Shown here one piece after another: positions 46,504 through 56,112 of a stretch of 64,000 nt of DNA; positions within the stretch are counted from its first letter, which is position 1; the number at the start of each line of letters is the position of its first letter. The stretch spans positions 610-64,609 of the forward strand of contig JAQUTK010000021.1 of NCBI GenBank assembly GCA_028709785.1, written 5' to 3'. This stretch comes from Bacteroidales bacterium. Its GTDB lineage: Bacteria; Bacteroidota; Bacteroidia; Bacteroidales; JAQUTK01. Below the pieces are notes generated by a model. That model was given only the letters and a program-made list of their open reading frames with translations. It made no database searches and was not told the origin of the DNA. The position numbers and the translations under genes were made by a program.

Positions 46504-47169
46504 ATGAAAATAACAATTCATCCTGCCGGAAGATACATTCTGATTTTAGGACTCTTCCTATATATACTTGTCTGTTCTACTATTGTTTTCGCATTTAATT
46601 ACTCAGACATTTATCTACTTGTAATGGGCGGGATTGGTTTCATCTACTTTTCTTTTTTGATCTATTTCTTCCGTAATCCGCAGAGAGAAGTGGATTTAAA
46701 CAATAATATTATTTATGCTCCGGCAGATGGTAAAATTGTGGTTCTGGAAGAGGCATACGAACCGGAATTTCTGAAAGAAAAATGCATAAAAGTTTCCATT
46801 TTTATGTCCATGCTTAACGTGCATGTGAATCGATATCCTGTAAGTGGAGTTGTGAAGTATACAAAATACCATGCAGGACGCTATTATATAGCTTATTATC
46901 CAAAAGCATCAGTGTTTAATGAGCATCAATCTACTGCTATTGAAACGTGTGAAGGTACATTGATCTTAGTCAAGCAAATTGCTGGAATAGTTGCCAGAAG
47001 AATTGTGTGTTATGCTAATCCGGGCAATGAGGCAGTACAGGGTGAAGATCTCGGATTTATAAAATTTGGGTCGAGGGTTGACCTTTATTTGCCATTGGGT
47101 ACTATTGTTATGGTGAAAAATGGCGATAAAGTGAAAGGTAATAGTACAATTATTGGTTATATCAATTGA
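46504..47169 (+). CDS. psd: Phosphatidylserine decarboxylase family protein (short membrane-anchored type)
   Basis: Two N-terminal TM helices. APADGKIV, NVHVNRYPVSG, and the FGSRVD self-cleavage-type motif. Confidence 0.75.
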   Translation: MKITIHPAGRYILILGLFLYILVCSTIVFAFNYSDIYLLVMGGIGFIYFSFLIYFFRNPQREVDLNNNIIYAPADGKIVVLEEAYEPEFLKEKCIKVSIFMSMLNVHVNRYPVSGVVKYTKYHAGRYYIAYYPKASVFNEHQSTAIETCEGTLILVKQIAGIVARRIVCYANPGNEAVQGEDLGFIKFGSRVDLYLPLGTIVMVKNGDKVKGNSTIIGYIN

Positions 47170-47202
47170 GTGATAATAAATGTTGAAAATAAATAAGTGG
47201 TT

Positions 47203-47520
47203 ATGAAAATTGCAATTACGAGTACGGGAAATAGTTTGGATAGCATGTTGGATAAACGGTTTGGACGTTGTTCATATTTTGCTATTCTTGACACAGAGAC
47301 GAAAGATGTTGAGTTTATTGCAAATCCAAACAAAGAGATTGATGAAGGAGCTGGACCTGCTTCTGTTCAATTAATCGCTTCTGCTCAGGCAGAAACAATT
47401 GTGTCCGCAGAGTTTGGTTATAAAATTAAGTCTTTGTTGAATGAACTGAAAATTCAAATGATTATCGCAAAGGATCCGGAGTTATCAGTTAGAGATATTG
47501 TTAAACAATTAAATCAGTAA
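47203..47520 (+). CDS. NifX/NifB-C-terminal-like (dinitrogenase FeMo-cofactor-binding fold) small protein 1
   Basis: MKIAITS...RFGRCSYFAILD...GAGPASVQLI pattern. Confidence 0.75.
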   Translation: MKIAITSTGNSLDSMLDKRFGRCSYFAILDTETKDVEFIANPNKEIDEGAGPASVQLIASAQAETIVSAEFGYKIKSLLNELKIQMIIAKDPELSVRDIVKQLNQ

Positions 47521-47524
47521 AGTT

Positions 47525-47713
47525 ATGCCACGTATGGATGGTACCGGACCTGATGGGAAAGGTTCTCAGTCAGGACGTAAATTAGGCTTTTGTGTACAAT
47601 TATCAAAAGAGGAACTTTTGAAAAAGTTAGGACAAGGGCAGGGAAAACGGAGAAAAGCTTGTGACAGCGAAGGTGAAGCACCGGGTAGGCGATTAAAAAG
47701 TAATATTAAATAA
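47525..47713 (+). CDS. DUF5320-like small protein
   Basis: MPRMDGTGPDGKGSQSGRKLGFC N-terminus. Confidence 0.65.
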   Translation: MPRMDGTGPDGKGSQSGRKLGFCVQLSKEELLKKLGQGQGKRRKACDSEGEAPGRRLKSNIK

Positions 47714-47731
47714 CGTGTAAAAAGAATTGAA

Positions 47732-48073
47732 ATGATCAGACGTATTGCGATTCCGGTAGAGAATGGACGCTTGTGTTCTCATTTTGGACACTGTAAGTTC
47801 TTTTATGTAGCTTTGGTGAATGAGAAATCTGTGTTAAGTGAAGAAATTGTAAAACCTCCAAAACATGAACCCGGTCTTTATCCAGCTTGGGTAGCGGAAA
47901 AGGGAGCGACAATTGTAATTGCAGGTGGTATGGGCGAAAAAGCACAGGAGCTGTTTCGAAAAGAGAATATTGAGTTATATATTGGCGCTGAATTAAAAGA
48001 TCCGAAAGATCTTGTGATTGATTTTTTGAATGATAAATTGAAGACCGGAACTAATTCTTGTAACCATTCATGA
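47732..48073 (+). CDS. NifX/NifB-C-terminal-like small protein 2
   Basis: IAIPVENGRLCSHFGHCKFFYV ... IVIAGGMGEKAQELF. Confidence 0.75.
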   Translation: MIRRIAIPVENGRLCSHFGHCKFFYVALVNEKSVLSEEIVKPPKHEPGLYPAWVAEKGATIVIAGGMGEKAQELFRKENIELYIGAELKDPKDLVIDFLNDKLKTGTNSCNHS

Positions 48074-48945
48074 AGATCGCTGTAGCAAGTGGTAAAGGAG
48101 GAACAGGAAAAACTTTTGTTTCTACTAATTTGTTTTGCACTTTTAGACATAGAGGCTTATTTACTAGTCTTACAGATTGTGACGCAGAGACTCCCAATTC
48201 ACTTATTTTCTTCCGTGCAAAAAGAGTCAATCAAACGGTAGTTTCTGAATACCGACCTGTTATTGATGCCTCAAAATGCTTGTTTTGTGGTCAATGTTAT
48301 GAGTATTGTACATATAACGCGATTTTTTATTTGCCAGCATTGCAGAAGATTAAACTGTTGAACGACTTATGCCATGGATGTGGCGCTTGTTCAGTAGCTT
48401 GTCAATATGATGCTATTACAGATTCACAAACATCAGTGGGAGAAGTCTCATCTTATGAGTTTGCTGATGAAGAGGATGGTTGTTTGATTGAAGCAAAAAT
48501 GAATGTTGGTGTATATTCGCCGGTTCCTGTTATTAAATCAGCCATTAAGATAGCACTTCAGCAGAATGCTGAGGTGATGATCTTTGATGCTCCTCCCGGC
48601 ACTTCCTGCTCTTTTATTCAAACGGTATATCCTGTGGATTATGTCATTTTGGTTACAGAACCAACACCTTTTGGATTAAGTGATTTGAAACAAGCGGTTG
48701 AGACTCTCAGAGAGTTGAATAAAGAGTTTGGTGTTGTTATTAACCGGGCTGGAATAGGAAACAAGGATGTATATCACTATTTAAATGAAGAGTCGATTAC
48801 CTTAATAGGAGAAATACCTTTTGATAAATCAATTGCTTCATGTTATTCAAAGGGAGAGATCGTAATCGACCAACTCTCTTCTGTGCGAACGATCTTTGAA
48901 AATATTGCAGATAAACTTATTCAGTATGGAAATCGCGATAATTAG
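48070..48945 (+). CDS. MinD/ParA-type P-loop ATPase with an inserted 2x[4Fe-4S] ferredoxin module
   Basis: Deviant Walker A ASGKGGTGKT. CLFCGQCYEYC and CHGCGACSVAC motifs. ATGA overlap with the upstream gene. Confidence 0.8.
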   Translation: MKIAVASGKGGTGKTFVSTNLFCTFRHRGLFTSLTDCDAETPNSLIFFRAKRVNQTVVSEYRPVIDASKCLFCGQCYEYCTYNAIFYLPALQKIKLLNDLCHGCGACSVACQYDAITDSQTSVGEVSSYEFADEEDGCLIEAKMNVGVYSPVPVIKSAIKIALQQNAEVMIFDAPPGTSCSFIQTVYPVDYVILVTEPTPFGLSDLKQAVETLRELNKEFGVVINRAGIGNKDVYHYLNEESITLIGEIPFDKSIASCYSKGEIVIDQLSSVRTIFENIADKLIQYGNRDN

Positions 48946-49789
48946 TGGCAAGGGTGGAACGGGAAAGTCAACGGTTTGTGCTGCTTTTGTTTCTGTAGCT
49001 CAATCTACGATTGCTGTTGATTGTGATGTGGATGCATCCAATCTTTATTTGATTTTCTCACCTTCATGCGACGAAGAATATGTTTTTGTGTCAGGAAATC
49101 ATGCAGTCATTGATTCTGATCTGTGTATGAATTGTGGGTTGTGCATGAGCTATTGTCGTTTTGATGCGATTTCTTCTGATAATGGTCTGATTCGTGTTTC
49201 TGAGGTTGCATGTGATGGATGTTTTTTATGTTCACGCATATGTCCGGTAAAGGCAATAAAAATGATTCCGGCAACTAAGAGCCGCATGTTTGCAGGGACC
49301 TTTCGATATGGGAAAATGGTCTATGGCCGACTGGCTCCGGGAGAAGAAAATTCCGGCAAGTTGGTTAATGTATTGCGTAATAAGGCGACTGAATATGCAA
49401 AGAACTTTGGATATAAAACAGTGATTCTGGATGGACCTCCGGGAATTGGTTGTCCGGTTATTTCAACTATTACAGGGGTTGATAAGGTTGTAATTGTTAC
49501 AGAGCCCACCATTTCCGGTTTATTGGATATGGAACGTTCTTATGAGTGTAGCAGTAAATCTTCCGGTCAGATTTATGTGATCGTAAACAAATATGATTTG
49601 AATATGGAAATAACCCATGTGATAGAGAATTGGTGCGAGGAACAAGGTGTACCGGTTGTAGCGTTATTGCCCTACGACGAACACGTAGTTGATGCAATGG
49701 TAGAAGGAATGACATTGGTAGAGTATAATGAGGAGAGTAATATCACAAAGTTGCTGCGAAATGCTTATAACTTCATCATGCAAAATTAG
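48926..49789 (+). CDS. Second MinD/ParA-type P-loop ATPase with a ferredoxin-like Cys module
   Basis: ISGKGGTGKST. CMNCGLCMSYC and CDGCFLCSRIC. The start is taken at MEIAIISG. Confidence 0.8.
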   Translation: MEIAIISGKGGTGKSTVCAAFVSVAQSTIAVDCDVDASNLYLIFSPSCDEEYVFVSGNHAVIDSDLCMNCGLCMSYCRFDAISSDNGLIRVSEVACDGCFLCSRICPVKAIKMIPATKSRMFAGTFRYGKMVYGRLAPGEENSGKLVNVLRNKATEYAKNFGYKTVILDGPPGIGCPVISTITGVDKVVIVTEPTISGLLDMERSYECSSKSSGQIYVIVNKYDLNMEITHVIENWCEEQGVPVVALLPYDEHVVDAMVEGMTLVEYNEESNITKLLRNAYNFIMQN

Positions 49790-49802
49790 TTTATAGAAAG
49801 AT

Positions 49803-50204
49803 ATGTTTGGAAGAAGAATTCGTTTAAGAGCCTTTTTTCGGAAAGGTCGTAATCATGGTTCTGAAATTATGTGTGTGTGCCCTTCATGTGGATTTACAAT
49901 GCAGCACGAAAAAGGCGTTGCATGTTTTTCTTTACTATGTCCGAAGTGTAAAACCCGCATGATAAGAAAGGATGTATTGGAAAAAGCATCTAAGAACCAG
50001 AGACAACAAATTAGCAAAGCATTAGAAAATAAGAATACTTATCCGAAAGTGAATCCGGATTTATGTATTGCTTGTGGTAAGTGTATTGTGATTTGTCCTT
50101 TTAAAGCAATAAGTATAAAGAATGGTGTAGCATATATTGACGAGCAGCTTTGTAAGAAATGTAGAAAATGCATTCATGACTGCCCTGTAGATGCTATACA
50201 ATAA
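49803..50204 (+). CDS. Zinc-ribbon protein fused to a 2x[4Fe-4S] ferredoxin
   Basis: CPSCG...CPKCK ribbon, then CIACGKCIVICP and CKKCRKCIHDCP. Confidence 0.7.
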   Translation: MFGRRIRLRAFFRKGRNHGSEIMCVCPSCGFTMQHEKGVACFSLLCPKCKTRMIRKDVLEKASKNQRQQISKALENKNTYPKVNPDLCIACGKCIVICPFKAISIKNGVAYIDEQLCKKCRKCIHDCPVDAIQ

Positions 50205-50233
50205 ATGAAAACGAGTTTAATAGAATTGTGATA

Positions 50234-51046
50234 ATGAGTAATGTGATTGAGAAAATCCCGATGATGGGTGTTAAGAATGTGATTGGGATTGCTTCCGGAA
50301 AAGGTGGTGTCGGTAAATCAACTGTCGCTGCTAACCTTGCAGTAACTCTTGCGCGGAAAGGTTATAAGACCGCATTGGTTGATGCAGATATTTATGGTCC
50401 TTCTATCCCAAAAATCTTTAATATCGAAGCTGCAAAGCCTTGTCTGGTTCCGCATGATGGAAAAGAGATGATGGAACCTATTGAAAAATATGGAGTGAAG
50501 ATCAATTCAATTGGTTTTTTTATTGATAAGGAAAAATCAATTATTTGGCGTGGTCCAATGGTTTCAAATGCTATTACCCAATTGTTTACTGAAACATACT
50601 GGGGAGAGATTGATTATATGATTATTGATTTTCCTCCGGGTACCGGAGATATTCTGATCACTTCTGTTCAGAAGTTGGATATTGATGGGGTTGTTATTGT
50701 TACAACTCCACAGGTTTTATCGATAAATGATGCCCGTAAAGGGACTGAGATGTTTGTCAATCCGAAGATTAATGTCCCTTTGATCGGTGTAGTAGAGAAT
50801 ATGTCCTGGTTTACTCCTCTACCTCATCCGGATGAAAAATATTTTATTTTTGGCAAAGGTGGGGGAGAGATTCTGGCAAAAGAATTTGACACTCGTTTAT
50901 TGTGTCAGATACCCGTTTTTAAAGAAGTAAATGAAGCTGTAGAACTTGGAGAGAATTATTTGGATTTAAAGAATGAAGAACTTCAGTTGCTATTTGAACA
51001 GTTAACAGAGGATATCATTAAAATAGAAAGGAAAAGACGGTGTTAA
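50234..51046 (+). CDS. Mrp/NBP35/ApbC family Fe-S cluster carrier ATPase
   Basis: ASGKGGVGKSTVAANLA, DADIYGPS, and the WRGPM motif. Confidence 0.85.
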   Translation: MSNVIEKIPMMGVKNVIGIASGKGGVGKSTVAANLAVTLARKGYKTALVDADIYGPSIPKIFNIEAAKPCLVPHDGKEMMEPIEKYGVKINSIGFFIDKEKSIIWRGPMVSNAITQLFTETYWGEIDYMIIDFPPGTGDILITSVQKLDIDGVVIVTTPQVLSINDARKGTEMFVNPKINVPLIGVVENMSWFTPLPHPDEKYFIFGKGGGEILAKEFDTRLLCQIPVFKEVNEAVELGENYLDLKNEELQLLFEQLTEDIIKIERKRRC

Positions 51047-51223
51047 CGTGTGCGAATACGGTCGATTAGTAGGAGAGTCGTTGAGACTCATAATGCTATA
51101 GCTTTCAGCTTAATATATTGTTATTTATCTCTCATGTTTATCAGGCTGAAAGTGTTTTTTTAATGGTAAAGAGGGCGTGCCATAAAGTATGGCGCGCCCT
51201 CAAAGTACCTGAACGATCGTTTT

Positions 51224-51715
51224 TTAACGATATAAAATTTTAATACTTAATCCTTTTTGTACTGACCATCCTTCTTTGTCTGTTAAACTGATAAAAAAAT
51301 GATAGTCACCTTCATCAAAAGCTCCTACACTATTGCCAGAAGGAATTGTGATCGGAAGATTCGTTTCATACTTTCGTAAACCATTAGGGATGCTATAATC
51401 CTGAATGAATACAAAGGGATTAACAGGACTTTTAATGGGATCAAGATTCGGCTCTGTCACCTCGGTACTGTGTGAATGGTGATCAAAATTATTATGAATA
51501 TCAATGCTATATGAACCTAACTGAACATTATCCGTGAATAATGTTTTCATATAAAATGTTTCTCCAAAGTATAGCGTATCGCAATTATCGGGAAACGCAT
51601 CTTGAATGTACAAATCAATTGCCGGTTTTTGACTATCGATATCTTCATTTTTCTCGCATGAATTCAAAGCGATTAAGAGAAAGATCGAAAGTATACTTAT
51701 TTCTGCTTTTTTCAT
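51224..51715 (-). CDS. Lipoprotein, DUF4625-like (His-rich)
   Basis: Lipobox LNSC after the internal Met start. HNNFDHHSHS cluster. Lies downstream of the TonB-dependent receptor. Confidence 0.55.
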   Translation of the reverse strand: MKKAEISILSIFLLIALNSCEKNEDIDSQKPAIDLYIQDAFPDNCDTLYFGETFYMKTLFTDNVQLGSYSIDIHNNFDHHSHSTEVTEPNLDPIKSPVNPFVFIQDYSIPNGLRKYETNLPITIPSGNSVGAFDEGDYHFFISLTDKEGWSVQKGLSIKILYR

Positions 51716-51777
51716 TTGAATAATATTTAACAGCAGGTTAATAAACAACCTGCTGTACTGTTTTTTAAATATGAGAA

Positions 51778-52584
51778 TTAGTTTATTACTATCGGATAGT
51801 GACCTGAAAAAGCCCAATTTCCTCCAAAAGAGTCTTTGCTTTTTACCACGATGTAATAATCTCCAGAAGTCCATGTTGCTGTTTTGGGTGTAATATTATT
51901 ATCCAGAGCAGTACCTACAACTATATTTGCCGAAAAGCTATATGAAGTTGGATTTGTGAAGTCATGATTATGAAGTAAAGTAATGCTATTTCCATCATTA
52001 ACCTCAGCATCCGTTAGACCTTGGTCAACACGAACCAGACCAATATAGATTCCACCCAATGCTATATCATCACTTACAGAACCGGAAATACGAATAGTTT
52101 GCCCTGAAGCAAAAGATTGATTATTCGTAGGGGTTGATGTAATCGTGATTGTTGGGGCAACAGCATCAGAAGGAGTCTGAATGGTTAGGTCTTCGATTTC
52201 AATAGACGATTGCTGACCACTTTCATCGGTAACAATAAAATGGAAACAGTATGTTTCGTCAGCAACAGTAAGCGGGATGTCGATGTGTTTGTGAAATGTG
52301 GTGTTTTTCAACCCTCTGAATTCGGTATAAATACGATCGAAAGTCCACGCATTGTCGTTATCTTCCTGGTGGATTAAAACTTCAATTTTATTTATTTTTG
52401 CTTTCGCAGTTACTTCAGCTTCAACATGCAAATCGCTGCCAATAATACCGATATGGCTATTGCTTGTTCCTAATTCAACTCCGTTAATAACTGGTTTGGA
52501 TATTACTTCCTCATCTTTATCGCAAGATGAAAAAAGAACCATACAAGATGCCGCAAGAACGACAGCTATTGTTTTTGTGTTCAT
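51778..52584 (-). CDS. Lipoprotein with two Ig-like (DUF4625-like) repeats
   Basis: Lipobox FSSC. Internal duplication visible (ITLLHNHDF / FHKHIDIP blocks). Confidence 0.55.
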   Translation of the reverse strand: MNTKTIAVVLAASCMVLFSSCDKDEEVISKPVINGVELGTSNSHIGIIGSDLHVEAEVTAKAKINKIEVLIHQEDNDNAWTFDRIYTEFRGLKNTTFHKHIDIPLTVADETYCFHFIVTDESGQQSSIEIEDLTIQTPSDAVAPTITITSTPTNNQSFASGQTIRISGSVSDDIALGGIYIGLVRVDQGLTDAEVNDGNSITLLHNHDFTNPTSYSFSANIVVGTALDNNITPKTATWTSGDYYIVVKSKDSFGGNWAFSGHYPIVIN

Positions 52585-52619
52585 ACTTTTTTAAATTGTT
52601 ATTTTGAACATTACTACTC

Positions 52620-55034
52620 TTATTTGATTTTTCCTGAAAAAGGAATTGAAATATTCATTATGAGATTTCGTCCAGGCTCAGGAACGTTAATCAGCCTATA
52701 ATAGCTGGTGTGATTAAAATACTTCGTATTTAGCAGGTTTTGAACCTGCATGGATATACTTATTTTTTGATTCAAGAGTTTTACATCGCCTCCCAAACTA
52801 ATATTGATAATCTGATAGCCATCTGTGCTCTCTTCAGGAGGTACAATATTATTTTGAGGTGCTGTTATCCTATAATCTATTGACAAATACAGGTTCTCCG
52901 CAGACTTTATCTTCCGTTTGTCGTATTTGACATTAAGAATCATAGAAGCAGGGGGTGAGAATGGAAGAGTAAATCCCTTCTTTTCACCTGAAAGTTGTTT
53001 GGAATAAACAAATTCGCCCATTACACCCACTCGCAGAGACTCTATTACTTGATAATGGGCATGCATTTCCCCACCATATCGAAAGACCTCACTTTGTGTG
53101 TAATTGTAAATCTGATTTCCGTTGCCGTAAAGTCTGTCATGCTCAGATGTAGGGTTCAAATAAATGTAATTTGAAAAATAATTCAGAAATGGAGTTACCC
53201 CCATGGCAATCGCATTTGAATTGTATTCTACTCCTGCATCCAATTGATATGAAACTTCTGGTGACAAATCCGGTTTTCCCGCTTCATAACTAAAATGATG
53301 GTAATTTACTCCGTTAGCTGCTAACTCTTTAGCAATGGGCACACGAAAACTTTTACCCACATTTGTTTTGAAAGATAGCGTTGGAAGGTTGTAATTATAA
53401 CCGACAGACCATGACGTATTAGAAAAATGACGGCTTATCGCGTCAGCTCTGGTCAGATACTGTAAAGTAATATCATTATCGAGGCTGATTACAGGCGAAG
53501 AAAACCAATCATTATAACGCAATGTCTTGATATGCGTGTAATCATATCGTACACCCATCTGAATAGAACTCTTTGCCGATAACGCATACTTTGCCAGTAA
53601 AAACCCACCCACACTTAACTGTTTAAAAGCCGGAATAATAAAACCACGTCCATCAATCCGATTATCTTGATACTCGCTGTTTAAACCTACTAATAATTGA
53701 AAGAAATCATTCTTATAGTATGTAAACTTTAGATTGCTTGAATAAACATACTTCTCAAATTGACGCTCCAAATCAGCATCAAATCCCTGAGAACCGGGAA
53801 AAACAGCGGGCATGTAGCCGTGACTGACGTATTGACTCCATTCTTGTCTGAAATTACGTTGAAAGCCTAAGTCGGATTCAAATTTTAGATTCCCCCATGT
53901 ATATTCGCTTTTGTTGATAGTCTTGAAATGGTTCACTTTCTGATACGGGAAATGAATGTCATTGCTTGATTTATCATGTAAGCCTGCATCTACATTGCGG
54001 GGCTCCAAACCATGAGCATTGGCAAAAAAACCACTTTTCGTGTTTACATCACTGACAAAAAATCTGCTTAGAAATTTACGCTGAATGATCCCGAAAGAGA
54101 GATTCAGATTCTGTTCTTTTCCTGCTGTGTTTCGCAAATGATTTTTATACAATGCTGCGCGGTATGAGTAAATGTCCACACTATCGGTTGGCACCTTATA
54201 ATCTCCATAGTCCAGTATCGTTGCACGCAAATCAGCAAAGAACCATTTCTTTCTGCCGTACATTGAAATGGATGACCCTACGAGATTATTATTTGTCTTA
54301 CCTGACAGGTCAACCGTGCCTCCGATGGAATTATCAGCCGGTAAATTTCTATTTTTCAGATCAATCACTCCCCCGATGGCATCCGATCCATACATAAGTG
54401 AGGCAGGGCCTTTTATTATTTCGAGGTTGTCAACAGCATACTGATCAATTTCAAGCCCGTGGTCTTCGCCCCATTCCTGTCCTTCGTGCTTAACACCGTT
54501 TTCGACAACAACAACACGATTAAAGCCTAATCCTCTGATTACCGGTTTTGACTGTCCGGAACCAATATCAATTGTAGTAATTCCCGGCAACCTTTCCAGT
54601 GTTTTCATTAGACTACCACCCATGTTTTGTTTCAGATATTTCTCATTTACGATCTCAACATTGAGCGCCTCTTCTTTTTTTCGTGTCTTAGCATAATCAT
54701 AGGCTACAACAACCTCGTGCAAGTTAATTGAAGCTTCAACAAGTCGGGCATTATATGTTTTACTTCCGTTTATGAGTATTGTGTCAACAACAGACTTAAA
54801 ACCTATAAATGAGACTGTCACAGTATACGTACCTTTTGTAAGGCCGGATATTGTATACTTTCCCCGAGCATCGACAATCGCACCTTTTTCAATAGGAAGT
54901 AGTGTAACAGCCGCACCTGTCAAAGGCTCGCTGTTTTTGTCAACTACTGTACCCGAAAGCGAATAATTGTTTTGCCCAAAAGAAATGGCACATAAAAAAA
55001 TCATACACACTATTAGCGCATAAAACTTGCTCAT
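52620..55034 (-). CDS. TonB-dependent receptor with an N-terminal carboxypeptidase-regulatory-like domain
   Basis: Signal peptide, then YSLSGTVVDKNSEPLTGAAVTL. Plug motifs (IEIIKGPASLMYGSDAIGGVI) and a long beta-barrel. Confidence 0.85.
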   Translation of the reverse strand: MSKFYALIVCMIFLCAISFGQNNYSLSGTVVDKNSEPLTGAAVTLLPIEKGAIVDARGKYTISGLTKGTYTVTVSFIGFKSVVDTILINGSKTYNARLVEASINLHEVVVAYDYAKTRKKEEALNVEIVNEKYLKQNMGGSLMKTLERLPGITTIDIGSGQSKPVIRGLGFNRVVVVENGVKHEGQEWGEDHGLEIDQYAVDNLEIIKGPASLMYGSDAIGGVIDLKNRNLPADNSIGGTVDLSGKTNNNLVGSSISMYGRKKWFFADLRATILDYGDYKVPTDSVDIYSYRAALYKNHLRNTAGKEQNLNLSFGIIQRKFLSRFFVSDVNTKSGFFANAHGLEPRNVDAGLHDKSSNDIHFPYQKVNHFKTINKSEYTWGNLKFESDLGFQRNFRQEWSQYVSHGYMPAVFPGSQGFDADLERQFEKYVYSSNLKFTYYKNDFFQLLVGLNSEYQDNRIDGRGFIIPAFKQLSVGGFLLAKYALSAKSSIQMGVRYDYTHIKTLRYNDWFSSPVISLDNDITLQYLTRADAISRHFSNTSWSVGYNYNLPTLSFKTNVGKSFRVPIAKELAANGVNYHHFSYEAGKPDLSPEVSYQLDAGVEYNSNAIAMGVTPFLNYFSNYIYLNPTSEHDRLYGNGNQIYNYTQSEVFRYGGEMHAHYQVIESLRVGVMGEFVYSKQLSGEKKGFTLPFSPPASMILNVKYDKRKIKSAENLYLSIDYRITAPQNNIVPPEESTDGYQIINISLGGDVKLLNQKISISMQVQNLLNTKYFNHTSYYRLINVPEPGRNLIMNISIPFSGKIK

Positions 55035-55080
55035 ACTATATTCATTGAGTGAGAGAATCCGAAAAATACAAAGTAAAAGA

Positions 55081-55446
55081 TTATAATTGTACCAGATAAG
55101 GTGGTGCACGCGCAGGATTTATGGTTATGATCTGGTTATGAGGTTGAGCAATTGTACTCAGATTTAGTCTTCGGTTGATTAATACAATGAAAATAGAGAA
55201 AATCAAAAACTCCGGTAATTTGTTTATAGCAAATTTATAATTACAAATTGGACATTGATCAACTGTTGAACCTCCTATAATGACAACATCTTTCGTCTTT
55301 CCTGAAGAAAGACGAGAGATGTTGTCATCCTGAAAGCTATAAGAATGATGCCAAACAATATGAACTGATTGGAAAATTATTGGGAAAAAAAAGATTCCCA
55401 ATAAGATTAGCGCAATATGTTTTTTAATTCTGATCAATGATTGCAA
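55081..55446 (-). CDS. Small membrane protein with a His cluster, paralog of 61815-62210
   Basis: TM helix, then HIVWHHSYSF. C-terminal RAPPYL, compared with RGPPAL in the paralog. Confidence 0.5.
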   Translation of the reverse strand: MQSLIRIKKHIALILLGIFFFPIIFQSVHIVWHHSYSFQDDNISRLSSGKTKDVVIIGGSTVDQCPICNYKFAINKLPEFLIFSIFIVLINRRLNLSTIAQPHNQIITINPARAPPYLVQL

Positions 55447-55850
55447 TATTTCTTTTTACAAGTTGGACACGTACCTTTAATCAAAATGTCTATTTCATCT
55501 TCTGCATATCCATCAGGTAACTGAATTTCTTGCATCGGTACAGAATCAAGGCATTTCACAATATGACAATGATTGCAAAAGAAATGCGCATGCCCTTTTT
55601 TATCTGTTATTGATTTATCTATTGCATATTTAATTATCTGGTTATCAATGATAATCTTGTGGATGATCTTATGTTCTTCCAATGTTTTAAATGAACGATA
55701 AAATGTGGTTCGGTCAAAATTATAGGATAACTGATTTCTGATATCATTTTCAGACAAGGCCTGATTTGTAGATAACATAATATCAATAATTCCTTCTCGA
55801 CAACTGGTTCGTTTGAGATTGTGAATATTTAAAACGTCAATAGCTTTCAT
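55434..55850 (-). CDS. Fur family transcriptional regulator
   Basis: Winged-helix N-terminus (TSCREGIIDIM...TFYRSFKTLEEHKIIH). HAHFFCNHC and CPTCKK metal sites. Confidence 0.8.
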   Translation of the reverse strand: MKAIDVLNIHNLKRTSCREGIIDIMLSTNQALSENDIRNQLSYNFDRTTFYRSFKTLEEHKIIHKIIIDNQIIKYAIDKSITDKKGHAHFFCNHCHIVKCLDSVPMQEIQLPDGYAEDEIDILIKGTCPTCKKKYCNH

Positions 55851-55883
55851 TTCTGCAAAACTGATTCAAATGCAACAATGATG

Positions 55884-55899
55884 CAAACTTAGATAAAAA
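55884..55899 (-). promoter_or_regulatory. Promoter 16-mer TTTTTATCTAAGTTTG (contains -7 box TAAGTTTG), identical to 61273-61288
   Basis: Exact 16-nt match between the two Fur-family gene promoters. Confidence 0.6.
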
Positions 55900-56001
55900 G
55901 TTATTTCAAACAAATTTCTTTGTCTGCTTTTTTTATTAAATATCTCAATGGCTTCAAATGAATAAAATCACATTATTTCTTTGTAGAATAATATGGTTTA
56001 C

Positions 56002-56080
56002 CTCCATGATGAAGCACGCACTCTTTTTTTCTGATGTTGAAAGTCAGGAATGCACTCTTTCCGGGGCGATCGTCATTCTG
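56002..56080 (+). pseudogene. Relic of the 5-prime end of a BspA-type LRR gene
   Basis: CTCCATGATGAAGCACGCACTC... and ...AGTCAGGAATGCACTCTTTCCGGGGCGATCGTCATTC match 37302-37323 and about 37428-37466 of the intact LRR gene, with an internal deletion of about 100 nt and no downstream ORF. Confidence 0.65.
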
Positions 56081-56112
56081 CTCTGTTTTTTTGTTAAACC
56101 TTTTGGCTAATC

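Noticed and set aside
51099-51203. Two hairpins after the Mrp gene: CTTTCAGC...GCTGAAAG with a loop of about 40 nt plus a T7 run, and GAGGGCGTGCCATA/TATGGCGCGCCCTC
   Set aside because: These are probably ordinary terminators for the convergent Mrp and lipoprotein genes. The large loop of the first and the missing T-run of the second made me unwilling to annotate either with confidence.
55900-55914. Possible sixth, degenerate copy of the regulon operator upstream of the first Fur-family gene (minus strand TTTGTTTGAAATAAC)
   Set aside because: It shares the TGTTTGAAATAAC right half with copy E. The left half-site (GAAATT rather than GAACNT) is poor, and the spacing to the -7 box is 3 nt longer. 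I treat it as uncertain rather than as a member.
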